From a virus (Duplodnaviria; Caudoviricetes), in the IMG/VR virus record IMGVR_UViG_3300002026_002461, positions 1 through 52,903 of that record: DNA of 52,903 nucleotides; one strand, 5' to 3'. A program made the position numbers and the translations under genes. Below the pieces are notes generated by a model. The model worked only from the letters and a program-made list of their open reading frames with translations. It was not told where the DNA came from and searched no databases. Positions 39,276-47,954 of the stretch are shown here, piece by piece. Every line of letters begins with the position of its first letter. Position 1 is the stretch's first letter.

Positions 39276-39718
39276 TACAAAAGTTCCCTTAAGTCTTCAG
39301 TCAATATGTTTTTAATAAACGAAACATGAAACTTGAAAATCAATAGACCTTTTTGTGCTTTTATTCCAAATTGCTTGTGACTGCCATACGTTTCTATAAC
39401 AGACATGTATTGTTCTACGCCATAATCCTTCATACTGTTTACAAATTCATTTAAATTTTCTCTTACCATCAGTTCTCCAATAAAGTCTATGATGAATCTG
39501 GAGAAAAATTCATTTTCATAATTACGGTAATCTTTATAATCAAGTCCGAGTTCTTTCATGCAAATAGAAAATGTCATATCCCCTTTTTCATCTAAATCGC
39601 CAATTGATATTGATTTAGGAGGGTTAGACATCAAAATACCAATTATATCCCTATAACGAGAGCCATTTGATGCTTGACAATTAATTTTACTGTTTTCGAT
39701 TTGATTTTCTATTTCCAT
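39275..39718 (-). CDS. Hypothetical protein
   Basis: 147 aa, AAGGA SD, TGTATAAT upstream. Confidence 0.65.
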   Translation of the reverse strand: MEIENQIENSKINCQASNGSRYRDIIGILMSNPPKSISIGDLDEKGDMTFSICMKELGLDYKDYRNYENEFFSRFIIDFIGELMVRENLNEFVNSMKDYGVEQYMSVIETYGSHKQFGIKAQKGLLIFKFHVSFIKNILTEDLRELL

Positions 39719-39762
39719 AATACAATCCTTATTGGTTATTCTAGTTGCATGCTATTATACAT

Positions 39763-39948
39763 CTAAAATTTCCATTTAATCTTAACACCGACTATGGCGT
39801 TTTTCTTAATTTTATCGTCCCAATCAGCTTTATTGTCTTCCGTTTCCGATTCATGGCTATTATACAATTTATCGCTCTCATCTCTAAATCCGACATGAGG
39901 ACGTACATGCGTTTTAATCCATTCTAAAATATTTTGCTTCTTTTTCAA
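39763..39948 (-). CDS. Small hypothetical protein
   Basis: 61 aa, TTG start with AAAGGAGG SD. Confidence 0.5.
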   Translation of the reverse strand: MKKKQNILEWIKTHVRPHVGFRDESDKLYNSHESETEDNKADWDDKIKKNAIVGVKIKWKF

Positions 39949-40000
39949 GGTATAGAACCCTCCTTTATAGAATTATTCTATAAAACTAATGGAGATTCCT

Positions 40001-40732
40001 ATGTATGTTAACTGGTATAAATTAGCACAAATTGAAAAAGAAGCAGGATTGAAAGAATATATCCCTGCGGCGTTACTGTCTGCATTGATAGCAATAATGG
40101 GGAATAGTGCGTGGCGTGGGTATGCAGATCGACAAGATATTGATAAAGCCGCACAAGAATTTGGGGTAAGTCAATCAGATATAGAAAATGCTTTAAATAA
40201 CAAACAAGTAGTAGACGCAATCAATAAATACCAAAATTCAACTTTACCACAAGGAAAAGATAATATGAACAATACCACTCCTTTAACAAAAGGTCCTGAA
40301 CAAACAAAAAAGAATCAAGAACAGAGTCAGGAACAAAAAATTCAAATCAATATTATTGCTAGAACTCTATATGCAGAAGGCAAAAGCGAATCAGAGGAAG
40401 GGTTGAAAGCAATTGCCTCTGTAATTTATAATCGAAGTAATAAAACTCCATCAGGTATGGTAGCCGTCATCAAACAACCAAAACAGTTTAGTTGTTGGAA
40501 CCAAGCTTCAGAAAAAGATTGGACGAACATGAAACAAAACAGCGGACCAATGTGGGATAAATCAATGGAGATAGCTAAGTCTATGGTTAATGGAAGTTTT
40601 CAACCATCTGGAACATGGGAACATTATTTTAATCCTAACAAAGTGAAACCAAATTGGGCTTATAAGGATAAAGGTAAAACGCAACCTCATAAATATGTGG
40701 ATATTGGCAATCATAGATTCCTTGTTGGATAG
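40001..40732 (+). CDS. SleB-like cell wall hydrolase with MYVNWYKLAQ leader
   Basis: IARTLYAEGKSE..G..AIASVIYNR, KQFSCWN, HYFNP, IGNHRF; hydrophobic segment after KEAG; start 40001 with GGAG SD. Confidence 0.88.
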   Translation: MYVNWYKLAQIEKEAGLKEYIPAALLSALIAIMGNSAWRGYADRQDIDKAAQEFGVSQSDIENALNNKQVVDAINKYQNSTLPQGKDNMNNTTPLTKGPEQTKKNQEQSQEQKIQINIIARTLYAEGKSESEEGLKAIASVIYNRSNKTPSGMVAVIKQPKQFSCWNQASEKDWTNMKQNSGPMWDKSMEIAKSMVNGSFQPSGTWEHYFNPNKVKPNWAYKDKGKTQPHKYVDIGNHRFLVG

Positions 40733-40999
40733 AAAATTTTTTCAATTTTTTCTCCCGGACCACCTAATAATATATCCCTTTTTATAATTCCTTTTAGAAC
40801 TTATATTAATAGGGCCTGAAAATTTATAACAGCTTCTGTCTTATTATCAATCACTTACAACATGTTTACACAGCTTTTATCAAGTAAAAATTACTAAGAG
40901 AAATGGACTAAAGTGATGGTTTTTAGCAAACAACATCAATTCTAAAAGTAAAAATTACTTTTTGTTTAACGATAAAATATGTGTAAAATATAGTCGATT

Positions 41000-42316
41000 T
41001 TATAGTAATCCGCCACCGATAACATCAGAATCACATTCGATTGTTTTAAATCCCTCAATCGCTGAACGAGGAACCGGATTTACACTCCCTTTTTGACGAA
41101 TCCCATCTATTTTGATAGATCCTTTTTGTAACCATTGACCTCCATAAACAGTTCCCAAAGTATTTACGAAATTATTTGCTATAAATACTCCACCATTAAT
41201 AATAGAACCAGAATTTGTTATGGTATTATAAGAAAAAAGACCTCCATAAATAGCTCCCCCAACATTATCATTAGTTAAACTAGTGCCTATAAACGCCCCG
41301 CCATAGATATTGCCAAGGTTATCATTATAAAAAGTGTCCCCACTGAAAGTTCCTCCATTAATTGTTCCAGCATTATGTAAATTGTCCCCACTAAAAGTTC
41401 CTCCAAATATTGTTGCATAATTTAAAAAATTAATACCACTAAATGTACCACTATAAATGGTTATAACTTGTCCGTTATTTGATAAATCGTCAATGTCACA
41501 TGTTCCTGTTATTCCAACTTTATTTGGATCTATGTCAGCGTCAATAATTGGTTGATCCACCTCTCCATCGCACAACGATAAATCAGCAGTCCCATAGGTT
41601 ACGCCACCACTTAAATCGTCAATCCAAGGCACTATGTTCGCGTTTAAATTTCCTAACAAATCATAAAACCAGTTATCAGCACTACTCCATGTTGCACCGC
41701 TAACATTTTTCCAGTAAATAGGCGGATAATTAATTGAACCGCTTTGAATTGCTATAATATTTTTAAATGGATTAAAGTAGTTTGAACAGGTTGGGTCTAT
41801 TGTTATTGTTATGTCTTGTGCTTCCAGATCGGAAAGTTGAGTTGCAAAATCTGCCCCATAAGTAGTAAAATCTGCCCCGCTAAACGTTCCACCAAGTATT
41901 ACGCCAGTAAAAGCATTGGCAAAGTCAGCCCCGCTAAACTTACCACCGTAGATGGTGTCGCCATTAATAAATGCAGTACCGCTAAATGTACCACCATAGA
42001 TTGAATTATTGTTTATAAAATTATCTCCGCTAAACGATCCACCATAGATAATGCCATTGGCTGTACTAAGCCTAACGTTGTTGATATCACAAACGCCGCT
42101 TATAACCTCTCCGATTATACCAATTGTAATATCAATATTCGGCGAGACGGTTTCTCCTGTTGCCAAAGTAATTGAATCGGCAGCGTTATTAATTACTCCC
42201 AAGTTATCAATCCATGGAACAACAGACGCTTGTACAGTAGCTTCGGCATCTGTCCACCAGTTCCCAAGTGTGCTCCATAGTCCGTCCATTCCAGCTGTCC
42301 AATATAAAATAGCCAT
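41000..42316 (-). CDS. Beta-helix repeat protein, probable tail fibre/adhesin
   Basis: Many I[YF]GG[TS]FSG.NF.N repeats in two modules, each beginning YW...G.WS...NW. Confidence 0.6.
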   Translation of the reverse strand: MAILYWTAGMDGLWSTLGNWWTDAEATVQASVVPWIDNLGVINNAADSITLATGETVSPNIDITIGIIGEVISGVCDINNVRLSTANGIIYGGSFSGDNFINNNSIYGGTFSGTAFINGDTIYGGKFSGADFANAFTGVILGGTFSGADFTTYGADFATQLSDLEAQDITITIDPTCSNYFNPFKNIIAIQSGSINYPPIYWKNVSGATWSSADNWFYDLLGNLNANIVPWIDDLSGGVTYGTADLSLCDGEVDQPIIDADIDPNKVGITGTCDIDDLSNNGQVITIYSGTFSGINFLNYATIFGGTFSGDNLHNAGTINGGTFSGDTFYNDNLGNIYGGAFIGTSLTNDNVGGAIYGGLFSYNTITNSGSIINGGVFIANNFVNTLGTVYGGQWLQKGSIKIDGIRQKGSVNPVPRSAIEGFKTIECDSDVIGGGLL

Positions 42317-42318
42317 TT

Positions 42319-42738
42319 TTAAAATCCTCCTACCAAACTAGTTAAGCACCAAGAAGAACCAATATACCTTAATTGAAGAACATATGTCTTGCCAGAATCG
42401 AGAGACTTTGGCGACGTAAATGAACTATCGCTTGGAATTTTTATGTTTGCATGTAAAGATAAATTACGTGCCGCTCCAAATGCTGTAACATACCATTCCC
42501 ATACAGCTCCTGCGGTTGGGTCGGCAGGCTCATTTAACGTAACATCTCCCGTTAAATCAGTTGTCCGCAACAATCCGTCATCGATATCGGGAGTAAGAGA
42601 TGCATTATATACAAGTACGGTTGGAGTTGTTTTAATAACATCGACATAACTATCAATTAAATCAGTGAAATTAGATTGGGTAGGAATATCCCCTTTTTTG
42701 AAATAATTTTTTATTGTTGTTTTATCAGCAGCTGACAT
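42319..42738 (-). CDS. Putative tail-fibre-associated structural protein
   Basis: KNYFKKGDIPTQSNFTDLIDS N-terminal motif, beta-rich C-terminus; AAGGAGG SD. Confidence 0.5.
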   Translation of the reverse strand: MSAADKTTIKNYFKKGDIPTQSNFTDLIDSYVDVIKTTPTVLVYNASLTPDIDDGLLRTTDLTGDVTLNEPADPTAGAVWEWYVTAFGAARNLSLHANIKIPSDSSFTSPKSLDSGKTYVLQLRYIGSSWCLTSLVGGF

Positions 42739-42775
42739 ATTGTCCTCCTTTATTTATATATTATTTGTAAAAATA

Positions 42776-43195
42776 TTACGCAACCAATCTTTCTATATCT
42801 TCAACTTGGTCAACGTTTTTACTTTTGTAATCTATTGGTCTTATCTTACCAACTTCATATCCGCCATGCTCATACCCCTTTGCATTAGGGTCTTTTAACT
42901 CTTGATATAACCCCCATGTATGCCATGCTGAAAGAAATTCGTTTTTACTTGGCAATCGTCCTAATCTATCTGTTAATTCCCTTAAAATATCACTTAATTC
43001 AACAAAAGTGTCTAAATAATCAGGATTTTCTGGATCTAAACCTATAGCTTCGGAAAGTATTTTATGGATTCTAAACCACCGTCTAAGGTCTGCTTTCTTA
43101 AAATCCGAAGATACAGATTCTACTTTATAAGTAGAATCTGTCATTAATTGATAAAACTTATCACCTATTTTATATTTTATAAACCAATTTTCCAT
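42776..43195 (-). CDS. Hypothetical protein
   Basis: 139 aa, AAAAGG-N19-GAA motif immediately upstream. Confidence 0.6.
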   Translation of the reverse strand: MENWFIKYKIGDKFYQLMTDSTYKVESVSSDFKKADLRRWFRIHKILSEAIGLDPENPDYLDTFVELSDILRELTDRLGRLPSKNEFLSAWHTWGLYQELKDPNAKGYEHGGYEVGKIRPIDYKSKNVDQVEDIERLVA

Positions 43196-43200
43196 ATATT

Positions 43201-43244
43201 TATTTTCTTATGGAAGGACATTTATTCCTTTTAAAAGAAAAAAC
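43201..43244. promoter_or_regulatory. Overlapping divergent AAGG-N19-GAA promoters
   Basis: Motif present on both strands in the 54-bp gap between divergent genes. Confidence 0.6.
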
Positions 43245-43249
43245 ATATT

Positions 43250-43810
43250 ATGAAAAACATAATAATTGCGTGTTTGTTGATTTTTATTTGTGGATGCCAA
43301 ACAAGCAGCCCTGAATTTAAATTCCCATCCGATATAAAAACAGTATGTTATGATGCTAAAAACCAATCTAAATCAAGCCTTAATAGCGTAGGCGTAAAAC
43401 TGAAAGAAGTACAAGGGTGTAAAGTAGTTAAAATACAAGGAACCAAGAAATTTGGACCGATGTGGGCGTATTACTCCGAAGAATGGAAACAATATATAGG
43501 AGGAATATGCGGAGGCAGTTATATAGAAATAGCTTGCGACCCTAGCAATGGTGCTATTTATTTTCCAGTCTTAAAACACGAATTCGGTCACTATTGGTTA
43601 ATGACAAACTACAGGGATTGGAGCCATGACCCTAAATATAAAGATTTGTTTTATAACTGGTATGAACCTAGAAATATCATTTATAGAACTCCCAACGACA
43701 GCCGATCTATTTTTGACATAGAAGATCAAGAATGGTTTTTCGCTATTGATGTAACCACAAATAATTCAATTATCCATATAGATTTTGTTAACTCAATCAC
43801 TCAACCATGA
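43250..43810 (+). CDS. Lipoprotein with HExxH zincin motif
   Basis: MKNIIIACLLIFICGC lipobox; LKHEFGH. Confidence 0.7.
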   Translation: MKNIIIACLLIFICGCQTSSPEFKFPSDIKTVCYDAKNQSKSSLNSVGVKLKEVQGCKVVKIQGTKKFGPMWAYYSEEWKQYIGGICGGSYIEIACDPSNGAIYFPVLKHEFGHYWLMTNYRDWSHDPKYKDLFYNWYEPRNIIYRTPNDSRSIFDIEDQEWFFAIDVTTNNSIIHIDFVNSITQP

Positions 43811-44118
43811 AAACTCCAATAGAACAAGCATACGAATTATTGGGGCGTTCACAATCTATAGCGGATTACGTTAGCGTTCCAACTAGAATTACAAAAGATG
43901 CGATTGAACAAAAAACAGAAGTACATCCTAATTTTAAAAATTATGACCACTCTTTGGAAGTCAATCGTTTATCGGAACTAAGAGAAAAATATAACTATGT
44001 CGAACCTGAATCCATAATTGTCGATAAGGAAGATGTAATTATTGAAAACACACAAGATATAGAGCCGTCTGAAGTCCCAAATTTAAGTGGTCTTTTTGAC
44101 GATAATTTCAATATTTAA
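43807..44118 (+). CDS. Hypothetical protein
   Basis: 103 aa, ATGA overlap with the upstream gene. Confidence 0.6.
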   Translation: MKTPIEQAYELLGRSQSIADYVSVPTRITKDAIEQKTEVHPNFKNYDHSLEVNRLSELREKYNYVEPESIIVDKEDVIIENTQDIEPSEVPNLSGLFDDNFNI

Positions 44119-44170
44119 AAATTCTGTGTAATTTTTGACGATAATTTCAACATATTGAAAATTGTATAAT
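44093..44170 (+). repeat. Imperfect ~39-bp tandem duplication in tdk promoter region
   Basis: TTTTTGACGATAATTTCAA exact at 44093 and 44132; copies end in TGTGTAAT and TGTATAAT. Confidence 0.8.
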
Positions 44171-44176
44171 ATAAAA

Positions 44177-44763
44177 ATGAAATCAAAACTTTATTTTTAT
44201 TATGGAGCTATGGGAGCTGCAAAAACATCCCAACTGTTGATAACTAATTTTAACTATTTAGAAAGAGGCATGAACAGCATTTTAATTTAATAACGCCTGC
44301 AATAGACAATAGACATGAAAAAGGCATTATAAAATCCAGAATAGGTATTGAAGCTAAAGCAGATATTATCACATATAAACAAACAAATCTATTTAAAGAG
44401 ATAAAACAATCTTTCAAAACCAAAAAAGTTGATGTTGTAATAGTTGATGAAGTCCAGTTTTTGACAGTGAAACAGATAGATCAATTAAGCGATATAGTTG
44501 ATAAATTAAATATATCCGTTATATGTTTCGGATTAAAAGCAGATTTCAAAAACAAACTATTCCAAGGTTCAAAAAGGATAATTGAATTAGCAGATACAAT
44601 AACCGAGTTAAAAACGATGTGTCATTGCGGGAAAAAAGCGATATGTAATATGAGGATAAATAACGGCAAAGCAATCAAAAATGGTTCACAAATCCAAATC
44701 GGCGGAAATGAATCTTATATTGCCGTATGCAGAAAATGTTGGAAAGACGGAATAGTTATTTAA
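44177..44763 (+). pseudogene. tdk: Thymidine kinase, frameshifted
   Basis: MKSKLYFYYGAMGAAKTSQLL... stops at 44288-90 because of a TTAAT duplication (44282-44291); another frame continues TPAIDNR..IKSRIG..VIVDEVQFL..FGLKADF..CHCG..GGNESY..CRKC. Confidence 0.88.
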
Positions 44764-45448
44764 TTTCAACTATATCTTCAAATAAAGCGTGAAACTTACC
44801 CATGTCTTTATTAATATGCATATGTCCAAAATACCATTTCTTAAATGTGGCACAGTTTGCAATATGATCAAGATATTTAATTGTAGGATCTTCTTTCCCG
44901 TCTGGCTTCTTTGAAAAACCTAATATCGAGACTAAAGATCTAGGTAAAGTATGCGTTATTATATAATCAACTGCATATTGATATGTTTCTAGATTTTTAA
45001 GCCCACGATCTGTTTCGGCGTAGTTAGGAACCTCTTCTTCCCAATAAGAGACCCCAAGTCTTCTACGATCTATATCTGTGCTGTGTGCTCCTCCAAAGCA
45101 AAAAATAGATTTCCCACTAATGTCATATACATTTCCTCGCTTTAGGTGGTATACACTTTTGCTGGCTTTCCCAACGACACTACCGAACATTTCTATTTGC
45201 TCAAGATTATTTAACCTAAAATGGTTTTCATGATTCCCGTCAACAAACAAAGTTGTCCATTTTCTTTCGTCAAACCATTTTAAATTACTTTTCTCGTGAC
45301 TGTCTGATTCGTTCTTCCATAAAATTCCAAAATCGCCAGCAATAATAACGTAATCATCTTTCGTTAATTCTTTGCCTTGTAGGAATTTCTTAGAAGCGAA
45401 TCTAAAAGGGTCGCCATGAATATCGCCAGTTATAAAAATTCTACTCAT
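44756..45448 (-). CDS. Calcineurin-like metallophosphoesterase
   Basis: GDIHG, AGDFG, DGNHEN, ITHT, FGHMH. Confidence 0.92.
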   Translation of the reverse strand: MSRIFITGDIHGDPFRFASKKFLQGKELTKDDYVIIAGDFGILWKNESDSHEKSNLKWFDERKWTTLFVDGNHENHFRLNNLEQIEMFGSVVGKASKSVYHLKRGNVYDISGKSIFCFGGAHSTDIDRRRLGVSYWEEEVPNYAETDRGLKNLETYQYAVDYIITHTLPRSLVSILGFSKKPDGKEDPTIKYLDHIANCATFKKWYFGHMHINKDMGKFHALFEDIVEIK

Positions 45449-45486
45449 GGTTGTATTATATAATAAAATCCTTAAAAATCAAGACA

Positions 45487-46197
45487 TTAAATTTCAACTA
45501 CCATCGCTTGCATAATTTGCTTGACATATTGCTTCCAACTTAATACGGCAAAACCATAATGACCCCAATTTGTTCCCCAACTATTTTGGATATATACACC
45601 TTCCATGTCATATCCGCAAAGAAGAACTGCATGTCCTCCGCGAGGTTGTGCTTTATCTCCCAAGTCTCTTATAAGTCCTGTTTTCTTATCTACCCAATCC
45701 CATTCATCTGTAATTCTAAAACCAGCTAAAACAACGCCATACTGATGCAATGCGAATTTTATAGACACCATACGTTTCAATCCGACATCCATATCTGATG
45801 CATTTACGGATTGATAATCTACGTATTTAGCGGTCCCATTAATCAACTTTAAATTTATCGCAGCTTTAATTGCGGAACTTAATTGGGTTCCGGGTCTATT
45901 ATTTAAGTCAATTATTTTAGCTTCTGCATAAATTGCATCTCCATCCACTTGAGCAGGATAGTGGATCGTTTTCCAGTTATGATATTCTATATAGCCTGCC
46001 ATAGAGTATCCGGCGCAATGAGGAGTTTGAAGTTGATTGCTCGAACTTAAACACATATCTCTTGAATCTATCCTATGGGGAGATATAAATTGCTCAGGAA
46101 CAGGAAGCAAATCGACCTCTCCTCTTGGAATTATCTCATCCAAAAGGTCTCCGCTGGCAAAACTACTTTTTTTGTATTTGAAGAAATCTAGCATCAT
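45487..46197 (-). CDS. Papain-like (C1) cysteine peptidase
   Basis: NQLQTPHCAGY (Q..C), GGHAVLLCGY, QNSWGTNWG. Confidence 0.88.
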   Translation of the reverse strand: MMLDFFKYKKSSFASGDLLDEIIPRGEVDLLPVPEQFISPHRIDSRDMCLSSSNQLQTPHCAGYSMAGYIEYHNWKTIHYPAQVDGDAIYAEAKIIDLNNRPGTQLSSAIKAAINLKLINGTAKYVDYQSVNASDMDVGLKRMVSIKFALHQYGVVLAGFRITDEWDWVDKKTGLIRDLGDKAQPRGGHAVLLCGYDMEGVYIQNSWGTNWGHYGFAVLSWKQYVKQIMQAMVVEI

Positions 46198-46369
46198 AAT
46201 CCCCCTTATTAAACTCATTTGTTACTAATACAGGTATAAAATTTGTAAAATCAACTCTATTTATTAATGGTGGTCTTATATCTTCTTTTGTGTTTTTACA
46301 AGAAATTCCCGACAAACAAAGAGACATTAGCACAATTAACAATAATTTATTTATTTTCACAAAAAACAA
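46163..46369 (-). CDS. Small putative lipoprotein
   Basis: Hydrophobic stretch ending GISC; AAGG-N19-GAAT motif upstream; start uncertain. Confidence 0.4.
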   Translation of the reverse strand: MFFVKINKLLLIVLMSLCLSGISCKNTKEDIRPPLINRVDFTNFIPVLVTNEFNKGDYDARFLQIQKK

Positions 46370-46445
46370 TTCTATTTAAATAGTTGAAATACCTTGAATT
46401 CATTTTAAAAAAGGTAATTTTATTCATATTTGCGAATTGAACATT

Positions 46446-46898
46446 ATGACAAAAATAGATCCATCCATTATACTAAAAGCGATAAATTGTGCAGATAACA
46501 ATATCGTCATAACAGATATTGATGGTCAGATATTATGGTGCAACGATCATACGCTCAATTACACAGGATATTCGGAAGAAGAGGTTCTAGGGAAAAATGT
46601 AAATATTCTAAAACATGAATCGACTCCACAAAAAACATATAAAGTAATGTGGGATACTATAAAAAACAAAAAAACAAAATGGCAGGGAAAACTTAAAAAT
46701 ACGAAGAAAGATGGTACAACGTATATCGAAGAGCTTACAATAACCCCAATATTAGACGATAATGAAGATATACAATATTTTGTAGGCGTTCAAAATGATA
46801 TAACTGAGATAGAAAATTTGAAGGAAGGCATTAAACAAAAAATAAAACAAGTACGAGAAGTTGTTAAAAAACAGTTGACAAATCATGAAAATATATAA
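46446..46898 (+). CDS. Stand-alone PAS/PAC domain protein
   Basis: IVITDIDGQILWCN..TGYSEEEVLGKN..MWDTI..WQG..N.KKDG..TITPI..YFVGVQNDITE, then a short coil. Confidence 0.88.
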   Translation: MTKIDPSIILKAINCADNNIVITDIDGQILWCNDHTLNYTGYSEEEVLGKNVNILKHESTPQKTYKVMWDTIKNKKTKWQGKLKNTKKDGTTYIEELTITPILDDNEDIQYFVGVQNDITEIENLKEGIKQKIKQVREVVKKQLTNHENI

Positions 46899-47310
46899 AA
46901 TAGCACAAACTCAAGAAGAAAACCAACAGATACAACAAGAAATAACTAAAGCAAGTTATACCATTCAAACTGCTATCGCTAATATTAACAAATCTCTTCA
47001 AATATTAGAAAGCACAAACATACTCCCACTTTTAACAAGACAGCAGATTGTTACAGAGATACAGTCCGACAATATAACGAATCTAGATCCAAATACCGCG
47101 AACGAAGCACTTAAAGCAATACAAAGTATAGTTGTTTCTATACCCGCTATAAATAATGCAAAAAGAACTCTGGAAGGATATGAAATTGATTACACCGTCA
47201 TGAGGCAAGGTATGATAGAGGCAATTCAATCCAATAGTTGGGACTCTTTTTCGGCAGCAATAGCAAGTTTCCAACAAAACGCTCCTGCAATGGGAAATCT
47301 CCAAAACTAA
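46885..47310 (+). CDS. Helical protein with MKIYKIAQ leader
   Basis: 141 aa, Q/I/A-rich. Confidence 0.7.
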   Translation: MKIYKIAQTQEENQQIQQEITKASYTIQTAIANINKSLQILESTNILPLLTRQQIVTEIQSDNITNLDPNTANEALKAIQSIVVSIPAINNAKRTLEGYEIDYTVMRQGMIEAIQSNSWDSFSAAIASFQQNAPAMGNLQN

Positions 47311-47327
47311 CACAAAAATAGACACTT

Positions 47328-47954
47328 ATGTATGTTAATTGGTATAAAAAAGCTCAAGAAGAATATCGTGGCGACCATACTGCCCCATACAAAAATGGTT
47401 ACGACGCTCCATTGTATGATTTAACGAATATGTATCCAGACGACATATATTCTATGGATGCAGTAAGACTATATGGCGATGGTGTGTCATATGATAGTCA
47501 ATCTATAGCAATTATTCAATCATGCAGGAACAGACCTAACAAACAAGTCAAAATATATCGAGCAGTACCAAATGTAAATTCTGAAACTGATGCAAAATTA
47601 AAAAATTTGTATAGTTTGATGTATTATATAAATAAGTTTGGGTTTAAACCTATGTCTGATAACCCAAATTTAAAAAAATGGGACATTAGCTCTATTCCAC
47701 CTGAGATAGAAGACATATATGATAAAGATATGGCGTTGCAAAAATTAAATGAATTAGCTGAACAAGAAAGCCTAAATAAACAAAAAACAATAAAAATAAA
47801 TTCTGGCGATTGGGTGTCAATATCTTTAGCTTACGCAAACGAGCATGGACGGGCGAATCTTCTGAATAATTACAAAATAATCTCTAAAACAGTAAAGGCT
47901 TCAGAATTGTATACAGATGCCAATTCAATACACGAATGGGGATATAGCCCTTAA
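47328..47954 (+). CDS. ADP-ribosyltransferase-like protein (R-S-E type) with MYVNWYKKAQ leader
   Basis: VKIYRAVP, GDWVSISLAYA, SIHEWGY. Confidence 0.55.
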   Translation: MYVNWYKKAQEEYRGDHTAPYKNGYDAPLYDLTNMYPDDIYSMDAVRLYGDGVSYDSQSIAIIQSCRNRPNKQVKIYRAVPNVNSETDAKLKNLYSLMYYINKFGFKPMSDNPNLKKWDISSIPPEIEDIYDKDMALQKLNELAEQESLNKQKTIKINSGDWVSISLAYANEHGRANLLNNYKIISKTVKASELYTDANSIHEWGYSP

